A stretch of 33,512 bases of DNA, from sequence record DRR723986_6706; one strand, written 5' to 3'. Position numbers and translations under genes: made by a program. Position 1 is the first letter of the stretch, and the number at the start of each line of letters is the position of its first letter. Positions 1 to 8,472 of the stretch are shown here, in pieces. The notes beneath the pieces were generated by a model. It was not told the DNA's origin and did no database searches. It saw only the letters and a list, made by a program, of their open reading frames with translations.

Positions 1-90
1 TTTTTTTTGTATCACTTCCCTTCGACACCTCCCTCTCCTTTTCCTGATTAAGCAGACCGTTACCGATCTACCCATACTCCACGTACTGAT

Positions 91-135
91 AAAAAAGCCG
101 CAAGAAATGCTACTGGGGGAAGCACAACTCGCGGC
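91..135 (-). terminator. Intrinsic terminator after the aldehyde dehydrogenase, with a C-rich loop
   Basis: Minus strand reads GCCGCGAG-TTGTGCT-TCCCCC-AGTAGCAT-TT-CTTGCGGC-TTTTTT, about 10 nt after the ALDH stop. Confidence 0.75.
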
Positions 136-144
136 AAGAAGCCC

Positions 145-1626
145 TTAATCGGTAACGACGGTAATAACCTTTTCTTCAGTGTAAGCCATTACTCCAGATA
201 AGCCGCACTCACGACCACTGCCACTCTGCTTAACGCCGCCCCACGGCAGCCTCGCATCAATGGGGGCCCAACAGTTAACCCCTACTGCTCCAGCCTTAAT
301 TTTCTTAGCCATTCGATGAGCACGCTTTACATCAGAGGTCCACACGGTAGCGCCTAAGCCGTATACCGTCCCATTGGCAATTTCTACAGCATCCTGTTCG
401 TCATCAAAAGGAATGACGGTAGCCACTGGGCCGAAAATTTCTTGTTGCGCGATAGCCATGTCATTGGTGGCCGCAGCAAAAACTGTTGGACGAACAAACC
501 AACCCTTCTCGTACGGACACTCACCACCCGCCAGCAGTGACGCCCCTGCCGCGACGCCCTCGCGGATATAGTAGTTAACTCTATCTAGCTGTGCTTTTTT
601 GCACACAGGCCCCATTTGGACGCCTTCCTCCTGGGGGTTACCAACGACAATATTGCTGGCCACGTCAGCAAGCTTCTGCGCAAACTCATCTGCGATATCT
701 CGCTGCACTAGTATTCGAGACCCTGCTGCACATATTTGCCCCTGATTAAAAAAGATCCCCATCGCGCATCCAGCCAGCGCCTCATCCTGATCTGCATCAG
801 AAAATACAACTTGCGGGCTTTTTCCGCCAAGCTCTAAAGATACTCGCTTGAAGTCTTTTGCGGCTTCAGTCTGAATATGCTGACCCACAGCCGGACTACC
901 TGTAAACGTGATCTTGTCTACACCAGGGTGACGTACGAGGGCATTGCCAATGACTGAGCCAGACCCCGTGACGACATTGACCACGCCATCGGGAATTCCG
1001 GCTTCCTTAGCAAGCTTAGCCAAATGTAACGCCGACATCGGGGTTTCTTCTGAAGGCTTGATCACCACAGTACACCCAGCCGCCAATAAAGGAGCGACTT
1101 TCCAGCATGTGATCATGAAAGGCGTATTCCAGGGCGTAATCGCGGCCACCACGCCCACAGGCTCATTTACCGTATAAGACAATGTAGCCCGACCAAGATA
1201 ACCCGGAGTGGGAATTGTCCGCCCCTCGATCTTGTCAGCCCAACCTGCCGAGGTCCGGATGGTTTGGATAGCATTGGGCAGATCCAGGATTCGCGGCTCC
1301 ATGGGAACCCGACCAATACAAACGGCATCCATATCTGCAATCAAGTCAGCATCGCGCTCCACGAGGTCTGCCAGCTTGTTTATCAGGCATCCGCGCTGAT
1401 AGCCGCTAAGACCGGACCAGACACCATTATCGAACTCTGATCTCGCCGCAGACACCGCGGCATTAACCTCGGCAACACCCCCAAATGAATAGCTTGCCAA
1501 CACGGTTTCATCGACGGGGTTTATCAACTCCCCCCGGGCACCATCTGAGGACTCGACCTCTATCCCATTGATAAAATGGAACATTTCTGTAGGCAACAGG
1601 CCAGCTTCTGACTGTAATTTCGTCAC
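145..1626 (-). CDS. NAD(P)-dependent aldehyde dehydrogenase, possibly phenylacetaldehyde/aromatic aldehyde dehydrogenase
   Basis: 493 aa; PWNxP, FTGS, catalytic LELGGKSP and FFNQGQICAAGSR, EIFGPV; GGAG RBS before GTG. Substrate inferred from paa context only. Confidence 0.9.
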   Translation of the reverse strand: MTKLQSEAGLLPTEMFHFINGIEVESSDGARGELINPVDETVLASYSFGGVAEVNAAVSAARSEFDNGVWSGLSGYQRGCLINKLADLVERDADLIADMDAVCIGRVPMEPRILDLPNAIQTIRTSAGWADKIEGRTIPTPGYLGRATLSYTVNEPVGVVAAITPWNTPFMITCWKVAPLLAAGCTVVIKPSEETPMSALHLAKLAKEAGIPDGVVNVVTGSGSVIGNALVRHPGVDKITFTGSPAVGQHIQTEAAKDFKRVSLELGGKSPQVVFSDADQDEALAGCAMGIFFNQGQICAAGSRILVQRDIADEFAQKLADVASNIVVGNPQEEGVQMGPVCKKAQLDRVNYYIREGVAAGASLLAGGECPYEKGWFVRPTVFAAATNDMAIAQQEIFGPVATVIPFDDEQDAVEIANGTVYGLGATVWTSDVKRAHRMAKKIKAGAVGVNCWAPIDARLPWGGVKQSGSGRECGLSGVMAYTEEKVITVVTD

Positions 1627-1698
1627 TATGTAATCTCCGCTTTTTATTCGCGATATCTCGTCTTTTCAGCATTTCACCCGAATTTGAGTGACACAACG

Positions 1699-1733
1699 TA
1701 CCGACATGTGCAGAGACAGTGACATTTTGTGCA
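1699..1733 (-). promoter_or_regulatory. Tandem TGCACA-headed direct repeats 21 bp apart, AraC/XylS-type activator site
   Basis: Minus strand TGCACAAAATGTCA (1733-1720) and TGCACATGTCGGTA (1712-1699); same arrangement upstream of paaK. Confidence 0.6.
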
Positions 1734-1748
1734 ATTGCCTGCCCGACC

Positions 1749-2063
1749 TTACAGGCTAACAACCTCGCTAAACTGCATGCTTGGCATAATATTCGTGTAA
1801 TTCTTTATATCCCGAATAATTGCCTTCTGTGCCACAGAAAACCTTTCGTTAAAATCATCGACACTGGTAACGTACAATTGGACCGCAGCGACAACTTCAG
1901 CCTGCTGTTCCGACTTCGCTCCGAACATGCCTTTATCAATCTCGCAACGCACACAGACATCCCCAAGAACCTCTTTCACCATCGGAATATGCGTTGACAA
2001 GTAGTAGTCATGATCAAAGCAACCATCGTCAGATCTGAAGTAGCTGATACTTACCTTTATCAT
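1749..2063 (-). CDS. EthD-family protein
   Basis: MIKVSISY...FDHDYYLSTHIPMVKE...DIKNYTNIMP matches the EthD pattern; start set at ATG 2063, just after the upstream stop. Confidence 0.8.
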   Translation of the reverse strand: MIKVSISYFRSDDGCFDHDYYLSTHIPMVKEVLGDVCVRCEIDKGMFGAKSEQQAEVVAAVQLYVTSVDDFNERFSVAQKAIIRDIKNYTNIMPSMQFSEVVSL

Positions 2064-2064
2064 T

Positions 2065-3249
2065 TTATCTCTCTGTTTTATTAAGGAATTGTGTGTTTTC
2101 CAGGATAATCGCAATACCATGTCCACTGTTTGAGGACGCAGCGCACAAAGCGTATCGAAGGTTTTTTGATTGCATACTGTTTATTGCAGTGACGACCAGC
2201 CTCGCGGATGAGGCTCCCGTTGCCTCACCAATGGCTAGGTCGCCCCCGCTACCATTTAGCTTCGCCAGTCCCAATGGAACGCCTAGGTCCTTCATTACAC
2301 TTATCGCCTCCACCGCACAAACCTCTCCAACCTCGATCACATCAAGGTCCTCGGGCTTGAGACCAGTTTCAGCAAATACTTTTCTGATAGCCGGGATACA
2401 ATATGGCGAATCAGCCGCCAGTGGACTTTCTACTACGGCGTGGGCCAGAACCCTCGCTCTCGCTCGCAAACCCAATTCTTCCACACCGGACATAGACGCC
2501 ACCAGCAGGCAACACGAGCCATCAACCGTCGGCGCGAACCCCTCATGCAATGACGGATGGATATCAACCAAACTGTCGACAAACCTGCGGCCATGCTCAC
2601 GCAGCCGCAAGCCATCAAGCTCATCTTCACTAAAATAGCCTCCACCCAGCTTCTGATCATTGCTAATCAGCATACACTCACGATCAAAGAATCCCCGTTG
2701 ACGCGCAGCCATCGTCCGTCCGTAAGCGGCTACGATATACGAGTTAATATTTTCATTTGATATGGCGTAGTTTTTCGCCAACATTGATCTGCGCGCAGCC
2801 TTCTCCGACAGCCTCGTGAACTTGAATTCCCCTTCTGAGCCGCTGTAATCGGCATTAGTGGCAGGCCCTCTCGCCTTAGAACTTGAGCTCACGCCGATAA
2901 CCACTGAAAGATTTGACGCGCCAGTACCTATGTCGCCGGCTGCCCGTTCGATGGCAGCCATACCCGTACAGTGCAACCAACCTAACGGCGTTACGCTTAC
3001 ATTGCGCTCGATTGAGGTCTTGTCAACGCAAACGTCGACAAACTTCTTTGCGCCCTCTAACGTGCATAAATTTTTATTATTGGAGCCCACATACAGACGA
3101 TCCACTCGACGCCAGTCAAGCTTTGGATTCCTTTTGACCATATCCGCCAACGGCAATGATGCAAGCTGAGCAGTCGAGTATCGCTCAAGGTAGCTATTTC
3201 GGATGGCAAAAGGTGTACGCACGGCTCCACATATGAATGCAGAGCTCAT
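2065..3249 (-). CDS. Thiolase-fold protein, PaaJ/PcaF-like, with catalytic residues lost
   Basis: AFICGAVRTPF, DGSCCLLVAS, LDVIEV, GASSARLVVTA and RYALC align with the PaaJ at 16762; active-site motifs are substituted. Confidence 0.75.
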   Translation of the reverse strand: MSSAFICGAVRTPFAIRNSYLERYSTAQLASLPLADMVKRNPKLDWRRVDRLYVGSNNKNLCTLEGAKKFVDVCVDKTSIERNVSVTPLGWLHCTGMAAIERAAGDIGTGASNLSVVIGVSSSSKARGPATNADYSGSEGEFKFTRLSEKAARRSMLAKNYAISNENINSYIVAAYGRTMAARQRGFFDRECMLISNDQKLGGGYFSEDELDGLRLREHGRRFVDSLVDIHPSLHEGFAPTVDGSCCLLVASMSGVEELGLRARARVLAHAVVESPLAADSPYCIPAIRKVFAETGLKPEDLDVIEVGEVCAVEAISVMKDLGVPLGLAKLNGSGGDLAIGEATGASSARLVVTAINSMQSKNLRYALCAASSNSGHGIAIILENTQFLNKTER

Positions 3250-3259
3250 ATCATTATTA

Positions 3260-4570
3260 CTACCGATAGTCCTTGACGCGTTTTGCCTTCCCTTCTGAGC
3301 GCGCTAAGCCTTCACCCTCGACCAGCTTCACCTTGATAGAGATCCCCACATAGGTCTTAACCAGATGCTTGAGCCGACTGACGATCTCTTCTCTAGCTTG
3401 CGCTCCCAACTCCTGATACTCCGGATTAAGCTCAACCGAGACCGTTACAACATCTAGATTTCCGTCTTTAGAAACTTCGATGAAGTAAATCGGCGCCAAC
3501 TCCGAGACCTTTAGCAGCAACTCTTCTATCTGAGTGGGAAACACATTGACGCCACGTATGATAAGCATGTCATCCGAGCGACCAGTAATCTTGCCGATGC
3601 GTCTCATGCCCCGAGAAGTAGGCGGCAGCAACTTGGTCAAATCGCGAGTTCGATAGCGTATAACGGGAAAGGCCTCCTTCGTCAGGGAGGTGAACACCAA
3701 CTCCCCGTCTTCCCCATCTGGCAAGACCTCTCCCGTCACAGGGTCAATGATTTCGGGAAGAAAATGATCTTCCCAGATCACCGGCCCGTCCTTACTTTCG
3801 ACGCATTCGCTTGCAACGCCCGGCCCCATGACTTCAGAAAGACCATATATATCTACAGCGTCGATACCCGCTCGCTCTTCAATTTCTTCCCGCATCGCAT
3901 TTGTCCATGGCTCTGCGCCAAAGATGCCGATCTCCAAGCTCGTTGACCTAGGATCGATACCCTGCCGCTCAAACTCTTCTATCAGGTTCAGCATATAAGA
4001 AGGGGTAACCATGATGATGCGGGGCTTAAAGTCCTGAATAAGCTGCACCTGCTTTTCAGTCTGCCCACCAGACATTGGAACCACTGTGCACCCGAGACGC
4101 TCTGCACCATAGTGAGCGCCCATCCCGCCAGTAAACAGGCCGTAACCATAGGCATTATGGAGAATATCTCCCGGACGCCCACCCGCCGCTCTGATACTTC
4201 TGGCAACCAAATTCGCCCAGTTATCAATATCCGCCTGGGTATAACCGACAACTGTGGGCTTACCCGTCGTCCCGCTAGACGCATGGATTCTGGCCACCTT
4301 TTCTCGCGGAACAGCGAACAGGCCAAATGGATAATTGTCTCGTAGATCCTGCTTCCCCAAAAATGGGAATTTATTCAGATCTGACAAAGAGTTAAGATCA
4401 TCAGGAGTGACGCCGGCTTCGTCAAACTTCTTCTTGTAGAACGGTACGTTTTTATAGGCGTTTTCTAATGTATTTTTAAGTCGTTCTAGCTGAAGAGCCG
4501 AAATTTCTTCTCTACTAGCCATCTCGATCGGTTCCAACTCGGGCTTGGAACTATTGGATAGGGTAGGCAT
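3260..4570 (-). CDS. paaK: Phenylacetate-CoA ligase
   Basis: 436 aa; HASSGTTGKPT P-loop, YGYGLFTGG, DIYGLSE, RYRTRD, RGVNVFP; GGAGG RBS. Confidence 0.95.
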   Translation of the reverse strand: MPTLSNSSKPELEPIEMASREEISALQLERLKNTLENAYKNVPFYKKKFDEAGVTPDDLNSLSDLNKFPFLGKQDLRDNYPFGLFAVPREKVARIHASSGTTGKPTVVGYTQADIDNWANLVARSIRAAGGRPGDILHNAYGYGLFTGGMGAHYGAERLGCTVVPMSGGQTEKQVQLIQDFKPRIIMVTPSYMLNLIEEFERQGIDPRSTSLEIGIFGAEPWTNAMREEIEERAGIDAVDIYGLSEVMGPGVASECVESKDGPVIWEDHFLPEIIDPVTGEVLPDGEDGELVFTSLTKEAFPVIRYRTRDLTKLLPPTSRGMRRIGKITGRSDDMLIIRGVNVFPTQIEELLLKVSELAPIYFIEVSKDGNLDVVTVSVELNPEYQELGAQAREEIVSRLKHLVKTYVGISIKVKLVEGEGLARSEGKAKRVKDYR

Positions 4571-4621
4571 TTTTATTCCTCCGTTTTCGAGGAACTTTGC
4601 CCGATTCCCGATGCATAAGCG

Positions 4622-4656
4622 TCACATAATGTGCAGCGCTGGAGGCATTGTGTGCA
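4622..4656 (-). promoter_or_regulatory. Tandem TGCACA-headed direct repeats 21 bp apart upstream of paaK
   Basis: Minus strand TGCACACAATGCCT (4656-4643) and TGCACATTATGTGA (4635-4622). Confidence 0.6.
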
Positions 4657-4668
4657 AAAGCATGACAC

Positions 4669-4696
4669 AAAAAATGAATGACATCCTGTCATTCAT
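4669..4696 (-). terminator. Terminator-like hairpin after the SnoaL gene, with GGA in the loop
   Basis: Minus strand ATGAATGACA-GGA-TGTCATTCAT followed by a T run. Confidence 0.65.
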
Positions 4697-4731
4697 CCTT
4701 CAGCACGAATAGATCTGCGCAGCCAACAAAT

Positions 4732-5505
4732 CTAGAACTTCCCATTGTCATTTTGCCACTGCTCTTTGGGCGGAACCTCTTCCACCACATCCCAATGCTC
4801 GACAATTTTTCCCTTAGAAATCCTAAACATGTCATAAAATGCCACGGGAGCTCCGTTAAACCTTCCCTCCGTAACTACAAGAACAAAATCACCTTTACCA
4901 AGGACAAAATGGATATTTTCGTAACAGACCTCCACCCCCGAAGACATCCAATCAGCAAAGGCCTCACGAAGCCCATCCAAACCATCTCTTACCAGCGGGT
5001 GATGCTGAAGGTACTCTGGCCCGACATATTCCTCAGCAACTGACAGATTCCCGCTCATTAGTACATTTTCTACAAATGCTCTTGCTACTCCTTTGCTATC
5101 AGCCAGGGACACACCCGCATCGCCAATATCTTCCTGACCATCAAGCAACGTTCTGCCGCTCGGATTCGGATCCAACATCGGCTGAGCAGCATCCCAATGC
5201 TCGACAATGCGCTCTCCATCAAACTTAAAAATGTCGAAGACGGCCAGAGTCTGATCCGCCGCTAACTCGCTATGGGCGACCACGTACTCCCCATCCTCGA
5301 ATACACGCCTGGTGCTGACTTTGGGCATACCGTCAGGCATCGAAAAAACAAAATCCAAAAAGCCCTGTCTTCCGTCAGCTACATGTAGGTTATGTTGCCT
5401 GTACTGGCTCTGACTGATAGCCGAAAAACCCTCAACATCCTTGCTCTCAATGGACTTCAGCAAGTTAACGATCAACGTTTCCCGATGAGTTCTCATATCA
5501 CCCAC
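4732..5505 (-). CDS. Tandem SnoaL/NTF2-like domain protein
   Basis: Two internal repeats YxQH..V.DG..G ... D.F(K/R)....IVEHWD; ends NDNGKF. Confidence 0.85.
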   Translation of the reverse strand: MGDMRTHRETLIVNLLKSIESKDVEGFSAISQSQYRQHNLHVADGRQGFLDFVFSMPDGMPKVSTRRVFEDGEYVVAHSELAADQTLAVFDIFKFDGERIVEHWDAAQPMLDPNPSGRTLLDGQEDIGDAGVSLADSKGVARAFVENVLMSGNLSVAEEYVGPEYLQHHPLVRDGLDGLREAFADWMSSGVEVCYENIHFVLGKGDFVLVVTEGRFNGAPVAFYDMFRISKGKIVEHWDVVEEVPPKEQWQNDNGKF

Positions 5506-5541
5506 TCCTCTATTCCGATAGGTAGTTCACGACACAATATA

Positions 5542-5560
5542 TGTATCTTTAAATGTTACA
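5542..5560. promoter_or_regulatory. Putative Rrf2 operator upstream of the SnoaL gene
   Basis: Imperfect palindrome TGTATC-N7-GTTACA; a related copy lies at 6032-6050. Confidence 0.55.
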
Positions 5561-5585
5561 TTTATAGGTAAATTTTTTTTTCCCT

Positions 5586-6008
5586 TTAACCTCCCTGCTT
5601 TGAAATTGAAACCGCCAAACTCGCTATAGAGTGCTGCTTCATCACCGAACGGTAGGCCTCAAAGCCATCCGAAAAAATGGCGTCCAACACGCCCGCAATA
5701 CTCTTACCGACAGGGCAAGCCGGGTTAGGATTGCTGTGCATTTTTGTCATTTCATTAGAAGTGACAACGGCGTCAAGCACATCAGTCAGACTTATTTCAC
5801 TCGCCGGACGCGCCAGTCTCGCCCCACCGGCTTTTCCCCTGTCAACGGAAACCAGCGACGCTTTCGACAACATCACCAACAGCTTGCGAATGACCACCGG
5901 GTTAGTGCCAACACTGGCGGCGAGCACTGACGATGTGACGGGCTCTCCATCGCTGACACATAACACCGACAGAACATGCACAGCCACAGAAAATCGCGTG
6001 TTGTTCAA
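5586..6008 (-). CDS. Rrf2-family transcriptional regulator
   Basis: RFSVAVHVL, SVGTNPVVIRK, GKAGGARLAR, NPACPVG; GAGG RBS before TTG. Confidence 0.9.
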   Translation of the reverse strand: MNNTRFSVAVHVLSVLCVSDGEPVTSSVLAASVGTNPVVIRKLLVMLSKASLVSVDRGKAGGARLARPASEISLTDVLDAVVTSNEMTKMHSNPNPACPVGKSIAGVLDAIFSDGFEAYRSVMKQHSIASLAVSISKQGG

Positions 6009-6031
6009 GTGATCACCTCAATCATTCAATA

Positions 6032-6066
6032 AGAAACAAATATAGTTACATTTACAGAAATGTCAA
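6032..6066 (-). promoter_or_regulatory. Sigma70 promoter of rrf2 overlapped by a putative autoregulatory operator
   Basis: Minus strand TTGACA (6066-6061)-N16-TATATT (6044-6039); operator AGAAAC-N7-GTTACA at 6032-6050. Confidence 0.6.
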
Positions 6067-6235
6067 CCGTCAAGATCAATTCCGGCTCAAAATTCTTGAT
6101 ACATTAATTTGTCGTAACTTTATTAATGTGTTACATATATGGGCGCGCCAGCTTTGAGGCGCAATTGATTCGATAAACGCGCCCCGCAAAAGGCTGCTTT
6201 ATATGCAAAATTTGTAATGAACATAGGGAGAAGTT

Positions 6236-6655
6236 ATGACTATAAAAAAAATTAAGGCTTACGGCCTTGGCCTTACTTTGCTTCTAAGTGCGAATATTGG
6301 CCACACCCAAATATCCGCTTTGATCACAACCCTGAACGACATCACTGCAGTGATTCCTGCAGCTCCTGGACTGGATGCAATCCTTCAGCAAGGAGCAGCA
6401 TTGAATAGCCAACTGCTTGGATCATTAATTCCTCTATCCAACGACTTACCATTAGTCGGTCCGCTCGTTGGCGAACTCGTACCCATTGGCACACAAATCG
6501 TGCTACCGCTGCTCCTCAACCCACCGGCGGACCTCCTGGCAATAGACCAGCTTGTCACAACAGCGCCTTCGTCGTTACTCGATGTAAGCTTTTTGCTTCC
6601 CGGCCAGGAGCTGAGCTTAATTGGACTACCAATGGATTTACTGCCTAATCAGTAA
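6236..6655 (+). CDS. Hypothetical exported Leu/Pro-rich protein
   Basis: 139 aa; basic then hydrophobic N-terminus; AGGGAG RBS; low-complexity L/P composition. Confidence 0.65.
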   Translation: MTIKKIKAYGLGLTLLLSANIGHTQISALITTLNDITAVIPAAPGLDAILQQGAALNSQLLGSLIPLSNDLPLVGPLVGELVPIGTQIVLPLLLNPPADLLAIDQLVTTAPSSLLDVSFLLPGQELSLIGLPMDLLPNQ

Positions 6656-6738
6656 AGTAACTCACATAGCTGAAACATTAACCGAATGGAGAAGTGCCTG
6701 TTTGTCACTTCTCCATCACCTCAACCTGGGAGACTGAA

Positions 6739-6924
6739 ATGGGACTAAGTGGAATTAGTATTTGGCAGCTTCTTATCATACTGACTATTGTAGCCATGCT
6801 ATTTGGTACAAAAAGACTGAGAAACATTGGCTCTGATCTTGGTGGCGCAATAGCGGGCTTCAAAAACAGCCTAAGCAACAAAAACGACGAAACACAAACT
6901 CTATCACCGCATGACAAAGAATAA
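6739..6924 (+). CDS. tatA: Twin-arginine translocase TatA/TatE subunit
   Basis: [50 protein letters not shown] before ATG 6739. Confidence 0.9.
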   Translation: MGLSGISIWQLLIILTIVAMLFGTKRLRNIGSDLGGAIAGFKNSLSNKNDETQTLSPHDKE

Positions 6925-7006
6925 TCCACACGCTCCAAACCCTTGCCCCAATACCGAAATATATCCAACCGCGCATAGATAAAATTCTATGGCGAAACAA
7001 CAAATA

Positions 7007-7041
7007 TTCGCAATCCTGACATTACCTTCGCAAAGCTGATA
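7007..7041 (+). promoter_or_regulatory. Tandem direct repeats upstream of alkB, putative AraC-family activator site
   Basis: TTCGCAATCCTGACA (7007-7021) and TTCGCAAAGCTGATA (7027-7041), 20-bp period; TAATAT at 7060-7065. Confidence 0.55.
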
Positions 7042-7129
7042 GCCCCCTTTCCTTCTCATTAATATCATTTGCCAGTAACGGCTTAACGGCCGACTCGAAA
7101 CCTAAGTTACCAATAAAAAGGTGGTATAA

Positions 7130-8299
7130 ATGAGTGAAGTAATGAATCGCCAAAAAACACGAAATTTGGCTACCCGAGACAAAAAACGATACTTTTGGTG
7201 GCTTCCGCTTTTTATTGCGATCTCCCCCATTGTTGGAATCGAATTTTATAAAACCACCGGAAACTCCATCTATGCCTGGTTTACACCGATTCTATGGTAT
7301 TTATTTGTCCCTCTAGGTGACTTTTTGTTTGGTAGAGACGACAAAAACTATAGTGCACAGCGTGCCGACGAGCTAGAGAATGACAACTACTACAAATGGT
7401 TGGTTTTCCTGTCGGTCCCCCTGTTTTTTGTAACTTGGGTGTATGGTGCTTGGTGGGTGTCAACCCAAGCTGTCTCCGTATCCGACTACCTTGGTATGAC
7501 GATCGGTGTTGCCTTGACCAATGGACTGGCACTGGTAGTTGGACATGAGTTGGGACACAAGAACAATCGCCTGGAAAAGAACCTAGCCAAATGGGTTCTG
7601 GCAGTACCCGCTTACGGGCATTTCTCTGCTGAACACAATCGCGGCCACCACAAAGATGTCGCTACCCCTGATGATCCCGCATCTGCAAGGATGGGAGAGT
7701 CATTGTACCGCTTTGTTCTTCGAGAAATTCCTGGTGCTTTTGTCAGAGCCTTTCATGATGAAAAGGTACGACTCGAGCGAAAGGGTAAATCCGTAATCAG
7801 TGCCGAAAACCAGATCCTACAGTCATTCGCGATTACCTTTGTTCTCTATGGAGCTGCACTGACACTATGGGGCACTGTTGTTATTCCTTTTATGGTCATA
7901 TCAACTTTGTGGGGCTGGCAGTTTCTATCCACGTCCAACTATATCGAACACTACGGCCTACTGCGCCAGAAACAAGAAGACGGTCGCTTTGAGCGCACAC
8001 GCCCTGAGCACTCATGGAACGCTGATTTTCGAGTTTCCAACCTCGTAACCTACCACCTCCAGCGCCACTCAGACCACCACTCCCGACCAACCCGCCGTTA
8101 CCAGGTATTGCGCAGCGACGACGCCCCCGAACTTCCCACTGGTTACGCTGGCTGTTTCACCATGGCTTACTTCACACCGATCTGGCGCAAAGTCATGGAT
8201 CCAAAAGTACTCGAGGTCTATGGCGGAGACATTCTCAAAGCTAACCTCGACCCCAAACACCGCGATGCACTCATTGCGAAATATGGGAGAGCATCCTAA
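7130..8299 (+). CDS. alkB: Alkane 1-monooxygenase
   Basis: All AlkB His boxes present: HELGHK, EHNRGHH, NYIEHYG, LQRHSDHH; multiple TM segments. Confidence 0.95.
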   Translation: MSEVMNRQKTRNLATRDKKRYFWWLPLFIAISPIVGIEFYKTTGNSIYAWFTPILWYLFVPLGDFLFGRDDKNYSAQRADELENDNYYKWLVFLSVPLFFVTWVYGAWWVSTQAVSVSDYLGMTIGVALTNGLALVVGHELGHKNNRLEKNLAKWVLAVPAYGHFSAEHNRGHHKDVATPDDPASARMGESLYRFVLREIPGAFVRAFHDEKVRLERKGKSVISAENQILQSFAITFVLYGAALTLWGTVVIPFMVISTLWGWQFLSTSNYIEHYGLLRQKQEDGRFERTRPEHSWNADFRVSNLVTYHLQRHSDHHSRPTRRYQVLRSDDAPELPTGYAGCFTMAYFTPIWRKVMDPKVLEVYGGDILKANLDPKHRDALIAKYGRAS

Positions 8300-8469
8300 T
8301 GGCTAGTTATCGCTGCCCCGGTTGTGGCTATACATATGACGAAGATAAAGGCGATGAATTCGAAGGCTTTCCTGCGGGTACTCAATGGCAAGTGGTTCCC
8401 GACGACTGGTCCTGCCCCGACTGCTCTGTTAGAGACAAAATAGATTTCGAAAAAGTCGAGGACCAATGA
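8299..8469 (+). CDS. Rubredoxin, AlkG1-type (56 aa, absent from the ORF track)
   Basis: My translation: MASYRCPGCGYTYDEDKGDEFEGFPAGTQWQVVPDDWSCPDCSVRDKIDFEKVEDQ; ATG overlaps the alkB stop (TAATG). Confidence 0.92.
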   Translation: MASYRCPGCGYTYDEDKGDEFEGFPAGTQWQVVPDDWSCPDCSVRDKIDFEKVEDQ

Positions 8470-8472
8470 AGA

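Noticed and set aside
8-13. TGTATC as a PaaX half-site
   Set aside because: The partner half-site would lie outside the window, so it cannot be assessed
6098-6134. GATACA...TGTTAC as a PaaX operator
   Set aside because: Spacing is 25 rather than 26 and the right half is poor; an AT-rich palindrome of unknown meaning
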